From Phoronis australis (taxonomy: Eukaryota > Animalia > Phoronida): DNA of 64,000 nt. Shown one piece after another: positions 1 to 11,928 of the stretch. Made by a program: the position numbers and the translations under genes. The first letter of the stretch is position 1. Each line of letters opens with the position of its first letter. Location: NCBI GenBank assembly GCA_002633005.1, contig NMRA01000063.1, positions 248,001 through 312,000 of the forward strand. The letters run 5' to 3'. The notes below the pieces were generated by a model, which worked only from the letters and a program-made list of their open reading frames with translations, was not told where the DNA came from and did not search any database.

Positions 1-99
1 GGCACAAAGGTACGCAGAGACATTGGTGTACGCATGGCTACTACTGTACAGATGAGTTGTGTATGGACAAACCAGGAAGAAACTCTGGTAAAAGTACAA
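1..99 (+). CDS. MTTP: MTTP-like coding exon (5' part outside window): GTKVRRDIGVRMATTVQMSCVWTNQEETLVKVQ
   Basis: Open frame from base 1 ending at donor GTATGT (100), phase 0. Resembles the MTP N-terminal beta-barrel segment (DSVGYRISSNVDVALLWRN..DQLIQIT). Confidence 0.8.
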
Positions 100-371
100 G
101 TATGTGAATATTATTTGTTGTGAGTGATTTTTACTAAATGGTGCAAATCTTTAAAAAGAATCATTTGACACATGCTCTGTTCGTCAGATCTCTATACTTT
201 GTACAAGAGCCCCTTTATAATGTTATATTGTGTACAATATTCTGCTTAGTTCTTCACTTATTTAGCACAAAGTGTGGCTGATATGTGAAATTCTTTTTTG
301 TCAAATTTCTCCTCAAAAATAGAGACTATTAATTGTCAATTACTTGCTGGTTTGTAGTGTGTAGATGTCAT

Positions 372-1143
372 AAATAGAGAATCCTAAACTCATCTCAGGT
401 TTATGACACGGGCAAAACCTCTTGGAAATTTTCAAGAGATTTTGCCCATGTCATAAACCTGAGATGAGTGTAGGATTTGTTTTCTCACATGAACCGTAAA
501 AACGATCTTTTGGCAAAAAACTCGACGTGTCTAAAACTTTTCAACCACATGACTCCAGTTTTGTAAAAACACACTTGCGTAATGTAAAGTAAACTCAGTT
601 ACTTTTTGTTAATAGTTTTATTTTAAACTTAACAATTGTGAATTGCATTCAGCTTTCTTAACAAATATTCATGTTAGAATCTAATAAATAGTATTTGAAG
701 TTGTAATATTAAAACTTAACAAATGTTTATAAATAACTGTCAGGAGGGCTTCCCCGCACATGAGCACTGAATTGACCTTGAGACAGCACAGCTAAACAGT
801 CTCATCAAGATTCTTGATATGGTGTTCGTCTCCATTTGAATGAACGTGGATACGGAATTCGCCGCCGAAGATGGGTCTGTTTTAGAAGTTGTTTGCCAGT
901 CCTTCCGACTGGGAGTACGTAGAGTTGCGACACCCGATTTATCGATTATAACCTTGTCACCTTCACGGAATTCTGCATTGTTTGGTTGGCATGCATTTGG
1001 TTGGTCTAGTGATAAAATGTAAGGCGTATGGATTTCTACTTCGCACTACTTTGTGATTCGCCCATGTAATATCAAAAAAATTACTCACTGGGTGTTATTA
1101 ACCAGTCGTGTCATAACACATTCCAGGTCATGTGAGAAAACAA
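372..1143. mobile_element. Non-autonomous element with long 5' hairpin and subterminal inverted repeats, Crypton-like
   Basis: Near-perfect hairpin 380-424/433-477. Inverted pair TTTTCTCACATGA (~480-492) / TCATGTGAGAAAA (1128-1140). No ORF and no clear TSD. Confidence 0.45.
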
Positions 1144-2303
1144 CTTTTGGTAAATTATCCATTATTTGCTGTGCATGAAGTACGTAATAATCCTTTGAAA
1201 AATATAAAATAAGTGTACAATTACTGCGCGGTCAGAAAGATTTGTGTAAAGAACTGCGATGGCTTCAACAGCAACTTTGTGAAACATGGTGGATAACTGC
1301 TGTGTATCAGTGTGGGTGATACTAGACATATACTGTTGGGAATGCTTAACAGTATACTAGATTGATACGTTCATTTGAAAACCCTTTCATCTGGAATACC
1401 GTCAAAGTTGGAGATGCTTGTAACATAGTATACTATCAGATTTTTCCATTCTGCCAAAGTTTTCTGCAAACTTAGCTAAAGTAGGCTTGCATCAACTGTC
1501 CTGCAAGGACAATACCTTAAGGATGCCTGTAAGCAAAGGTTACAAGGAACATCTGCCCACTCAGATTTGAGTGTTTGGTTGGTTCAAAGATTTAAAGCCA
1601 GGTACATCAAACTAAAATTTAAAAGTCAAATCATTTTAAATTACAATCTAGCATAAATCGAGTTGTGTCTGCGCATCGAACAGAACTCCGTCAGTGTTAA
1701 ATCAAGATGTAGTCTAGACAAAACAGATAACATTTTCACCTCACCCTCATCATTCTTAACATTTATGAATGGTTGACTTTCCAATGCTAAAATGGGGCTT
1801 AAATAGGATAACTTGGATCACCTCTGATTAACCTAGCTGCTAAAGTTTAACAGATCAATTCATGCTTGTGGTCAGATATCGAAACGCAGGAATGTACCAG
1901 ACGGGTCCCATAATCACTGAGTTGCCGGGGCAACTAGAAATTCACGTCCTATGATTAATGCAAATGATTCTTTACAATGACATGAACACAAGCAACTAAT
2001 TTGCAATAAATAATGAATTCATCATTAAAAACTTTAATTGATATGAAGGACATTGAAACAATGTTTGGTCATTTGGCAGCTAAATTTGTGGAGCGATTGT
2101 ATGAATAAACTGTGATCCGGCTGAGTCTTCAATAAACTGTGATCCTGCTGAGTCTTCAATAAACTGTTTCCTTCACAAGATTACATTAGTATGCTGGATG
2201 TGACTCTGCGTGCAGTTCTTCAGGTGAAACTTGTTTCACCAGCGCTATCTATTGGATTTCAAGTTCTTCAGTGCTTCCTAGTTTTAAGTGACTTTATCTG
2301 TAG

Positions 2304-2513
2304 TTTTCAGGAGCATCTCTACAAAAAGTTAGCCGAGAAGATCTCTTTTCTGACTTCAAACTGATCTCAAAAGAACCACTGTATTTTGTGTGGCGTGACG
2401 GCAGCATTGGGGAACTATTTACTCCTGACGTGGAGACGGCAACAGCGCTGAATCTGAAGAAAGGATTAGTCAGTTTGCTGCAGCTACAAACACAAGATGG
2501 GGAGAGATTAGAG
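2304..2513 (+). CDS. MTTP: MTTP-like exon: FSGASLQK...PLYFVWRDGSIGELF...LNLKKGLVSLLQLQTQDGERLE
   Basis: Acceptor TTATCTGTAG, donor GTAAGA, phase 0/0. NLKKGLVSLLQ matches the lipid-transfer-protein motif NIKRGLASLFQ. Confidence 0.9.
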
Positions 2514-2835
2514 GTAAGAAGTTTCATGACTTGTAATTTGCCTTTACAAATTACATCCCATTCACCCCCACCCCCCCCCCCCCTGCATCTGTAGACAGCA
2601 CATTACAATACCCTTTGTGTAATGCAAGAAACCTAACCTGGTGGAAATAATTACAGGCCAAGTATAGTTATAGAGTGCGCATACGCAAAGCTGAGAGGTC
2701 GACCATCGGAATTCTGTGTTATTGTCATCTCTATTTCATTGCACAAGTGTTTTATAAGTGTTTTATAAGACAGTTTTTGATTCAACACTGTTGTTTATTC
2801 TCGTGTGATTCTCACTGTGCTGTAAAACGTGTGAA

Positions 2836-3486
2836 ATGCCACAGAAGAAATCTACAGTCTCGGTGTCAGATGACGAGGTGTCTTTGGACAAAGTTATGGC
2901 GGCCATAACAAAACTCACGAGCAAAGTAGATGAAAACTACCGCAAGTTGGGTCAAGCTATTGAAGACTCGAAAGTTCTCCTGCTGGGTCACCTCAAAGAT
3001 GATCTAACAATGGAGATCAACCAGCTGAGAGGTATGATTGAGGTTCTTGAGTGTAATGGGAAACAGACTGTTGAATATGATGAAGTCAAGACTGTTGTGA
3101 TATTCAACGTGCCTTACAATGATAACGAAAGCGTTGATGCTTTGGTCAAAGACATTGTAGCCGAGATTGGTCATCCTGTGAACATTATAAGGGCTAAACG
3201 ATTGCCGAGTCGAGTCACCGGTAAGCCAGGCCTGATTAAAGCTGAACTGAACACACAAGAAGAGAAAATTGGGATTCTTCGCAAGAAAGGAAAGCTCAAA
3301 GACTCTGTTTTGTATAGCAGGGTATATATTCGTGCTTCAAAATCCTACACTGAGAGGTTGCTTGAATTAAACTGCAAACAGCTACTAAAAATGTTTCCGG
3401 ACGGGAATGATTACAGATTCACTGGCAGTGGTCGGTTGGTGAGAAAAACAGCAGAAAATATCATGAATAATAAAAGGAATGCATAG
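2836..3486 (+). CDS. LINE ORF1 protein (coiled coil + RRM-like/CTD)
   Basis: 216-aa intact ORF with heptad region then TVVIFNVP..., RAKRLP..GKPGLIKAEL...ILRKKGKLK...VYIR, typical of invertebrate LINE ORF1. Lies directly upstream of an endonuclease ORF. Confidence 0.75.
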   Translation: MPQKKSTVSVSDDEVSLDKVMAAITKLTSKVDENYRKLGQAIEDSKVLLLGHLKDDLTMEINQLRGMIEVLECNGKQTVEYDEVKTVVIFNVPYNDNESVDALVKDIVAEIGHPVNIIRAKRLPSRVTGKPGLIKAELNTQEEKIGILRKKGKLKDSVLYSRVYIRASKSYTERLLELNCKQLLKMFPDGNDYRFTGSGRLVRKTAENIMNNKRNA

Positions 3487-3489
3487 GAA

Positions 3490-5855
3490 AGAGAGTTGGC
3501 CAGAATTACAGGGAAGCTCAGAGTCTGTTCCTGGAATGTAAATGGTTGGACATCCAACAACAAAAGTCTGAGAGAGAAAGTAATTCGTGGGTCCGAAGCA
3601 GACATTTTCTGTATCATTGACTGAAACTGCTGGTATTTTTGTAGATGGATTTGTTTGGTACGGCCATAACAGAAATACTATACATAGGCGTGCTATTAGA
3701 CCATCTGTGGGGATTGGAGTATGAGTTAAGTCAACTTTGTTACAGAAATATACTGTCAAGGTTGTTGATAAATCTCATGATGGCATAATTGGACTGCAAT
3801 TTAGTAATGTGATTTCTGATTATAAGTTTGTTATATTTGTCTGTTATTTACCTCCAGAAAATTCCCCTTGGGGATGTGACCCCTGCACTTTTTATGCTCA
3901 TTTGTTATGTCAGTTGTATTCCCTCGATGATGTTGATTCTGTATATTTATGTGGAGACTTTAATGCCCGTATAAGAAACCTGAAAGATCATGTACAGGAT
4001 GTCGATGTAATCCCCAGCAGACAGTCTTTAGATGGTTCAAAAAATAGGCATGGGGATTCCTTCATTGAATTTTGTATTGACTCAAAGTTTTGTGTTCTCA
4101 ATGGGCGTATATGTCCCGATCAAGATAACTTTACATTCGTATCTGGAAGGGGTTCTTCTGTTGTTGATTACATACTTACGCATCATGAAAATTGATCTAA
4201 TTGTTTGAAATTTGAAATTTATACACCCGTAGCGTTGGTAGACAAATTTGATCTTCTGAGTGAAATTTCTGGCGTTTGCCATATGCCAGATCATTCTTTA
4301 CTTGCCCTTGATTTTTCCGTACATTATAATGGCAACCTTTCTCAGTTAAATGAAGCTTGCATCGATTCCCCAAAGAGATATAAAGTTCGGTCAATTCCCG
4401 TAGACTTTATGAATTCTGAAATTTTTAATACTGCTATGCGAGAATTAATTGATTCTATTTTGGTCTGCAGAGCAACCCAAGAAAACATTGACTGTATGTA
4501 CAGTAGGTTTTGTAAGTGTATATTTGATGAGATGGACAGAAAATTATTTTGTTCTAACTCAAAGAAGGTGAAAAGGAGATTTAAATCAAGCAAACCCTAT
4601 TGGTGTGCTGAATTGTCCGAGCTTCGGAAAGATGTAAGTTTAAAGGAAAAAAATTGAAATGCAGCGGCTCTCGAGACGAACGCTCTTTACTGAGACGCCA
4701 ATGTCAAAATGCCCAGGTTCTATTGGATAAAGTCCACAGGAGGATCGAAAGAAAATTTTTGAGAGATCAAGCTGACCTCATAGAATCTTTAAATTTCAAT
4801 AACCCAACAGAATTTTGGAAGTACATTAAGAACTTGGGCCTCTCTTTTAGAAAGACAATACCCATGGAGGTATACGATGACACTGGAAACCCTAATACCA
4901 ATAACCAATATGTTTTTAATAAATGGAAGAACGAGTATGAATCGTTATACAATGGTCCAACTGTAAATGAGTTTGACCGGGGATTTTATGCTGATATGCT
5001 TCTCAAAAAAGCTCATCTTGAGTCGTTCAATAATCTTGATTTTGATGAAAATAGTATNTATCCGAATCTGCCAGAAGAGCTTTGGGCGCTTTAATTAATA
5101 AATTTAAAAAGAATAAAAATATGAGGTACAGAACGTTCACTACATTATTCAATGCTTGTGTTGTGCCTGTTAGAGATTATTGCGTAGGTGTCTGGGGCGG
5201 CTCTAGTCTACAGGATTATGATGTCATTCAGAATAGAGCCGCGCGATTTTTCTTGGGCGTTCACAAATTTGCTCCTAATCATGCTGTTATGGGTGACATG
5301 GGGTGGGAATTCCCCAGTGTTAGGCGGAAAATTGAGCTTTTGAGACTGTGGAATCGTATTATTAATTTCGAGGATGATAGACTAACATACCGAATATTTT
5401 GGTGGGACTACACTACTTGTACTAATGATTGGTCGTCTGAAGTCTTGAGCATTTTTGAAGAAATAGGGATTTCGGATTGTTTTCATGACTTACATTCAGT
5501 TAATCTGTCTCACTCTAAGAATATTTTGCATGATTTAGCATGTAATAGGTGGTTGTTTGAAAGCCATTCGAAACCAAAGTTAAGAACCTATGTTTTGATG
5601 AAGAATGTCTTTGAAGTTGAGCCTTACGTGCATTTAGACTTAACTCGGCCTAGTAGGTCGATTCTTGCTCAAATTAGAACCAGAACCCTACAGCTATTGG
5701 TTGAGGTTGGGCGTTTTTGTTCTCTAGATTTTGATGACAGAATTTGCTGTCTTTATCACACTGGTCAGGTCGAAACTGAACTACATTTTCTGTTTGAGTG
5801 TCCGTTTTTCTTAGATGCCAGAAACACCTTTTATTGTCAAATTGAGATTAAATAA
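3490..5855 (+). pseudogene. LINE ORF2 remnant (APE endonuclease; RT hidden at gap n5058; C-terminal Cys/His motif)
   Basis: SWNVNG, YLPPENS, GDFNARI and SVVDY APE motifs; ETELHFLFECP near the C-terminus; multiple stops and frameshifts. Confidence 0.85.
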
Positions 5856-6211
5856 CCACGATTCCATGCAGAAAGCTGTGAAAGTAAATTAATTACAATC
5901 ATTCAAAAAGATGTTATTAGAAAAACTTCAGTTTTCATCAAAAATATTTTTGAAGTAAGGAAAAATTGTATTTATTTATGACCACTTTTATCTCAGCCTT
6001 CTCTTTCTGGTCCTCTTGCAATGCGCGTGCACTTGTCTTTTCTTTTTTGTATCATGTATCTAAAGTGACTTATAAGCCCCATGGAGGGCTGGGTGTTCCT
6101 AGTGTTTGTAACGTATTCATTGTTTAAATTCATTTGAACACATGTCACTATAATAGAAAATTACTTACTTACTTACAGGCCACGTACTTTCTAACAATGA
6201 TTTATATGCTC

Positions 6212-6758
6212 AATAGGGCCGTCCCGGATTACACAGCGACAGAACTCTTCTTTGTCTTGGAGATAAGAAAGTGTGTGGCCTGGTTTTGGAAATCAGGTAC
6301 ATTTTCGCAGATCATGTTGGCAACCGGCGAGGGGCCGTGGAAATATGCCTGATTTCAGCCGTTCAAAAGAACCGGAATTAAATGAGCATATCCAGGAAAG
6401 AGAATTCTGCCTTTTCCACTCAAATTTGTTTATTTGCTTATATGCTTATTTGCTTGTCTCATTGATCTTGGGACGGCGAAGAACTTCACAGCATGCATCA
6501 ACGGGTATTTGTCCGAGTAGTCAAACTTTTGCCCGCAGAGTTGCAGCTGACACCTCACCAGTAAATTTTATTAGCACAGGAAGGACAAATGGAGTAATAC
6601 CCCCGAGAAAAACTTGCAAAGAATCAGGCAACAACAAATAACGTGGAATTCCAATGACACGAAAACGAGGTAGAAAATGTGCCTGATGGATGTTTGCGGC
6701 ATTGTGGGTAAATACAGCGAGATTGGAGTATCGCAGTGTAATCTATGACGGTCTTATT
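6212..6758. mobile_element. MITE with ~28-bp imperfect TIRs (AATAGGGCCGTCCCGGATTACAC...)
   Basis: The two ends are reverse complements. An inverted, internally deleted relative lies at 21882-22292. Confidence 0.7.
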
Positions 6759-6829
6759 ACTCGGGCATCTCTTTATGAATAGCCTTGATTACTGCTTGGC
6801 TGGGGTACAGCACTTCCCCTAGCCTAAGT

Positions 6830-6967
6830 CCCATGCACACACAGACTCTTACCTTAGAACAATTTGCTCTAGTTCAACTGGCTCCACTTTAGTGGAGTGT
6901 CCACACCTACACACACATCTGATAAGTAGTGGAGCGGCCACACCCATGCACACATCCAATAACTAGT
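6830..6967. repeat. Left remnant of a CA-rich ~40-bp minisatellite interrupted by a LINE
   Basis: Units like ATAACTAGTGGAGCGTCCACACAC.. continue at 13241-13523. Confidence 0.65.
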
Positions 6968-6989
6968 CACATTGCACCAACAATAAACT

Positions 6990-8971
6990 TTCCCGAATTC
7001 CCAAACAGAACATTAGAACACCTCTCACATAGAAGCCCAGCCATCTGAAGTCAGAAAACTACTAGAAAACATTGACGAAAACAAAATCGACGGTACCAAT
7101 CTCATAACCAATAAAATGGTCAAGATAATAGCAAGAGACCTTACACTTCCTCTGACAACATTATAGAACAAAATACTACAATCTGGAAAATTTCCTTCGA
7201 ACTGGAAGCTTGGCGTTATGATACCAATACACAAAAGGAACTCCAAAACAGACATACATTGCCAAGTATCGCCCCATAACTCTACTTAACACCTTATCCA
7301 AAATTTTAGAAAAAACATTTCTCAGCACATGTTTGACCACCACAAAATCTCATATGTTGTCGCCAATTTGGATTCATGCCTGGTAACAGCACTGTGTCCC
7401 AACTTACAGAAATTGTACACGACATCCACCTCCAGTTTGAGCAAGGGTACAACAAGAGATCCGTATTTTTAGAGATTGCGTCAGCTTTTGATGTCATTCC
7501 CCATGACCTGCTTCTACATAAATTACAATCTTATAGTTTCTCAGGCACTCTCCTCTTACTTTTAAAATCATATCTGGAAAATTGAACTTACAAAGTCCGA
7601 ATTGAGGGTGTCTTATCACCTTCATGATCAATGCCAGGTTTCGTAAACGCTAGAGTACCACAGGGTAGCGTACTAGGCCCCTTACTCTTTTTACTGTACA
7701 TCAATGATCTTCCAGACACGATAAACTCTAAAACATTCTTATATGCTGATAACACTGGAATTTTACACCCATTCTCAAAAGAGCATCCCCACGACTCCTT
7801 ACAATTGCAAACTGACCTTAACAAACTCTCTGACTGGTCTCACAAATGGAAGATGAAATTTAAACCTGAAAAAAGTGTTGATCTTATATTTTTTACGTCT
7901 AATAATACTCATTTCCAAACAAATCCAACTCTGGAATTATCACTCAATGGGGAAGTTATTCCCAATAAATTCACGCACAAACATCTTGGCTTGCTACTAG
8001 ACCATAAGCTTACATTTACTCCTCATTGTCGTGAACTCGTTCAAAAAGTACTGTAACAAAAATTAATCCAATTAGAATTACCTCTCGTCATGTCAACTCC
8101 ATGCATCTTGAAACTCTGTTCAAGTCTTTTGTACTTTCACATCTAGACTACTGTGACATAATCTACCAATCGGCAAACACTGGCATACTTCTTCAATTAG
8201 AAAGACTACAATACCAAGCAGCTTTAGCCATAACAGGGGCATACAAAGGGTCCAACACAATCGAGGTTCTAAATAGTCTCAACTGGAGCAAACTAGCAAC
8301 CCCACGTAAACTCCATCTGTCCATGTATACATTCAAAGTCTTAACCAACATAAACAATTACTCTAACAAAATCCTCTTTGACTCCTACAAAAAGACCAAG
8401 CACGAGACCAGGACTGCGGCAAAGTAATATGCACACTATTCCATCTTACATCAGCCAAGCCTTCAGGAGATCAACGATATTAACTTGTATTGACAACTGG
8501 AATTCCTTACCATTCAAAATTAAAGAAAGCACTTCAATCGTCACTCTCAAAAATAACTTTAAAATGCATACCACTACTCAAGACTTGCCAGTCCCATTGA
8601 CATCATTCCAACTTCCTCGCAACCATGAAATAACCCTATACAGATCAAGATGCTGTCTATTCCTAAACAACGAGAAATTTAGACACAATTGTAATAATAT
8701 TTCGCCTCTGTGTTCCTGTGGAGATACCCAGACATATCCTCATGTTTTCTTTGCTTGTGAGGTATGCAAGGAGCAGAGGGTACAGCTTTTCCAGACACTC
8801 GAACAATACCCCAATGTTTACAAAAAATATTCTGAACTTCCGCAATTGTATAACAAAATTAATTTCTTTCTATATGGATGTCAAGAACTTAACTCAAATG
8901 AAAATAAGGTTTTATTTGAAATAGTATCAGAATTTCTTTGTAACATTAAATCTCTTTGTGTGAGGGGATAG
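6990..8971 (+). pseudogene. CR1/L2-type reverse transcriptase pseudogene
   Basis: SVFLEIASAFDVIPH, VPQGSVLGPLLFLLYINDL, LYADNT, HKHLGL and C-terminal CSCG..HVFFAC motifs; several stops and frameshifts. Confidence 0.9.
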
Positions 8972-9291
8972 AATGTTATACATCTGAATGAAAATGAATT
9001 ATTTACATTCATAGCCATATATTGTAATCTTTACATCAGTTTTTTATTTATGTATTTGTGTATAATAATTGTATATAGACTTCTTTGTATTTTTTTACCC
9101 AGATCTAATGCCTCTTGGCGCTTTCTGGGTTATGTATATTCATTGTATTCTGTTATACAGAATTTGTTGAATGCACGACACTTTTCATTGTTCACGGTCT
9201 TTATTCCGTTGCGTTCATACTTTCTGAACAAAACTCTACTCTCTACTGAACATAGATACAGTAACTGACCTAGCGACATAATTAAAAGACA

Positions 9292-9329
9292 CACGATATT
9301 TCGAAACATACTTGTTTCATTCTCAAGTG
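9292..9329 (-). ncRNA. Minimal type I hammerhead ribozyme motif (U3-A8 core variant) in PLE pseudo-LTR
   Basis: CAC-TTGAGAA-T-GAAACA-agta-TGTTTC-GAAA-TA-TC-GTG: 6-bp stem II, palindromic AUAU at stem III, 3-bp stem I. Confidence 0.7.
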
Positions 9330-9445
9330 AAGATAAAATGACGCAGTAATGCCACCACAGAGTATAAGCTGACGACACACACAGTGAGACACGGCGGGTG
9401 TGAAATACTGCAAAGAATGACTAATGAATTGGGGTAACAGGAAAG

Positions 9446-11878
9446 TCACGCAAACAAGTGTAACGTGCGGCGCGACCCTGTTTGCTGCTCATTCAAAATA
9501 GGCTTCTCAAAAGCAATTAAAAGGGACTCTAATACTTTCAAACGCAGCACATCTTGCTCCACGTAGCGAATTGACGTGTTTTCCACAATTTCTTGACGGG
9601 TGATTTTACGTGCGTGGTATTGCAGAAAATGATCTTGAATGGCGCCATTTTGAAGATGCATGGATAACCGACGGGAAAGACTGCAAACCGTTTGACCAAT
9701 GTAACATTGTTTGACGTTTGAACGAAGACATTCGTTCATAGGGCATACAAATTCATAAACAACACTACACTGTGCAACGGGGCGGACTTTCGCTTTAGAA
9801 ATGTTATTTTTCATGACCAAGTTGGAGGACTTCCTATTCCGATAATAAATAATAACATCAAGGTAATCATCAGGCTTACAAACTTTAACGTTGTCCCTTA
9901 TGATTTTCTTAATGGCGTGTTCGTCCTGGAGGTAATTATTAGACATGACATTTTTGTAAAATATCTTTTTGGTGACACCAGTCCGACGTGCAGGGACTTC
10001 ATAGCTAATTGTGGACATAAATCGCTTAATATGGAAGTCCACGAAAGCATTGGTATACCCATTATTCACCAGTGTTTGTCTTATGCGATCTACCTCTTGA
10101 TTGAACAATAGCCAGTTAGACGACACCGAATACGCCCTCTTTAGGAAGTTGACCACAACGGCGACCTTATACCGCTCAGGGCACTCACTTTTGGCGTGGA
10201 GACAGAAACCTTTATCAGTGGGCTTGTGGTAAACTGATGTAGAAAATTCAGACGGAGAATGGTTCACAAGAACGTCCAAAAACGGAATCTTGTCATTTAC
10301 AGGAAGCTCGTGGGTAAACTTCAATACAGAGTGGCGCTCAAGTTCATCACGTACTGATAACAAGTCATCAAAGGCACAATAAACAAAAATATCATCTACA
10401 TAACGTACATAGATAGGAATACCACCAATCACATTGCTAGCCCTCTTTTCCACTTCAGACATATAAAATTCCGAGAAAGTGGGACCCAGAGGAGAGCCCA
10501 TGCTCACACCATCTTTTTGCAAAAACAATTTCCCATTTATATGGCGAAATGGTACTTTGGTTGTGCAGATGGTTAACAACTCTCTCATATGAGTAGGTGA
10601 AATGTCGGGTGGCTTTAAATGTGGGTGACGATATACATTATCCAAAATGATAGTAATGGTCTCATCCACCGGTACGTTGGTGAACAAAGACTCAGCGTCA
10701 AGCGACATAGGTTGGTAGTGGGGGGATGGCACTTGTGTGCGCAAAATGTCAATGAAATCCTCAGGACATTTAATGGAGTAACGGCTCTGAATGTACGGCT
10801 TTATGATTTTATCAAGATGCTTCGCTGTCTTGTACGTGGGCGTCAGGACTTGGGATATTATCGGCCGTAGAGGAACATCTTTTTTGTGTATTTTAGGGTT
10901 ACCATAGAGATAACCTTCGGAGTAATCACCTTCGATTTCAGAGAAAATGCGACGACCAGCCTCAGCATTTATAGCCCTAATGTGACGATTCAATTCACGT
11001 TTAAGGTCAATGAGGGGTGACCGACTAATGGTGGTAAACTTGGAAGGGTCACATATTAATAGACTAAGTTTATCGGAATAGTCATCTTTGTTTAAAATAA
11101 CATACTGGGCAGACTTGTCGGCGCGGTGAATAACAATACCATCATTATTCTTGAGGTGTTTAGAAGCATCTAGTAGTCGGCTGGAGAGAGCACATCGATG
11201 ATTTTTGCTGCAACACTTAGTGCCTTCTGAGCGAAGCTGTTCTCGTATATTAGGGTTGACACTGAGGAAACCATCACCTTTTAGTCGTAAAATATCATTA
11301 TACAGATTTTCCAACTCAACTTTCTTGCGGTAGGTGTCAAACTTGGGTCTAACATGAAAATTAATACCCAGTGCGAGAAAGTCCTTTTCTGCAGCGTCCA
11401 AATCATAGTCAGACAGGTTCACATACGTATCATGTTCCTCTGGTAGTTTAACGTCACTCTGGTAGAGACTGCGCAGTTTCTTCATGAGATTCTTCTGAGA
11501 CGTGAGCTCATGTTTCGCTATGTTCTCATGGATACGCTTGAAAATTAGATCAACGAGGTCAGATCGCATTCCCGATTTCTGAATGTCAGAGAGGATTTCC
11601 GTGCGATTGTTACGTAGCTCATCACGAGTTTTATCTGCACGGTCGAGCTCACGTTGGACAAGCTTGCGCCTGTAGTCCCATGTGAACTGTTCGTTATCAG
11701 CTGCCCGGTCGTGTAACTTGAACTGTCTGTACTTCGGGAGCAAGTTTTCTGTTATACAGAATTTGTTGAATGCACGACACTTTTCATTGTTCACGGTCTT
11801 TATTCCGTTGCGTTCATACTTTCTGAACAAAACTCTACTCTCTTCTGAACATAGATACAGTAACTGACCTAGCGACAT
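9446..11878 (-). CDS. Penelope-type reverse transcriptase + GIY-YIG endonuclease, uninterrupted (~810 aa from MSLGQ)
   Basis: RADKS, YGNPKIHK..PLRPIIS, SLDAESLFTNVP, QKDGVSMGSPLGP, RYVDD and FLDV RT motifs; VVYEFVC...YIGQT..LSRRLSMH GIY-YIG motif. Confidence 0.95.
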   Translation of the reverse strand: MSLGQLLYLCSEESRVLFRKYERNGIKTVNNEKCRAFNKFCITENLLPKYRQFKLHDRAADNEQFTWDYRRKLVQRELDRADKTRDELRNNRTEILSDIQKSGMRSDLVDLIFKRIHENIAKHELTSQKNLMKKLRSLYQSDVKLPEEHDTYVNLSDYDLDAAEKDFLALGINFHVRPKFDTYRKKVELENLYNDILRLKGDGFLSVNPNIREQLRSEGTKCCSKNHRCALSSRLLDASKHLKNNDGIVIHRADKSAQYVILNKDDYSDKLSLLICDPSKFTTISRSPLIDLKRELNRHIRAINAEAGRRIFSEIEGDYSEGYLYGNPKIHKKDVPLRPIISQVLTPTYKTAKHLDKIIKPYIQSRYSIKCPEDFIDILRTQVPSPHYQPMSLDAESLFTNVPVDETITIILDNVYRHPHLKPPDISPTHMRELLTICTTKVPFRHINGKLFLQKDGVSMGSPLGPTFSEFYMSEVEKRASNVIGGIPIYVRYVDDIFVYCAFDDLLSVRDELERHSVLKFTHELPVNDKIPFLDVLVNHSPSEFSTSVYHKPTDKGFCLHAKSECPERYKVAVVVNFLKRAYSVSSNWLLFNQEVDRIRQTLVNNGYTNAFVDFHIKRFMSTISYEVPARRTGVTKKIFYKNVMSNNYLQDEHAIKKIIRDNVKVCKPDDYLDVIIYYRNRKSSNLVMKNNISKAKVRPVAQCSVVYEFVCPMNECLRSNVKQCYIGQTVCSLSRRLSMHLQNGAIQDHFLQYHARKITRQEIVENTSIRYVEQDVLRLKVLESLLIAFEKPILNEQQTGSRRTLHLFA

Positions 11879-11890
11879 AATTAAAAGATA

Positions 11891-11928
11891 CACGATATTT
11901 CGAAACATACATGTTTCATTCTCAAGTG
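11891..11928 (-). ncRNA. Second copy of the PLE minimal hammerhead motif
   Basis: Same fold; the only change is in the stem II loop (tgta vs agta). Lies just upstream of the ATG at 11878. Confidence 0.7.

Larger units (their letters stand above)
2661..6172 (+). mobile_element. Full-length two-ORF non-LTR retrotransposon (APE-type LINE) with (TTAC)n tail
   Basis: 10-bp TSD TTACAGGCCA at 2651-2660 and 6173-6182. Contains ORF1, a decayed ORF2 and a 3' TTACTTACTTAC tail. Confidence 0.85.

Noticed and set aside
5040-5100. LINE apparently lacking its RT domain
   Set aside because: The jump from pre-RT to post-RT sequence coincides with the single n at 5058, so it is most likely an assembly join rather than biology.
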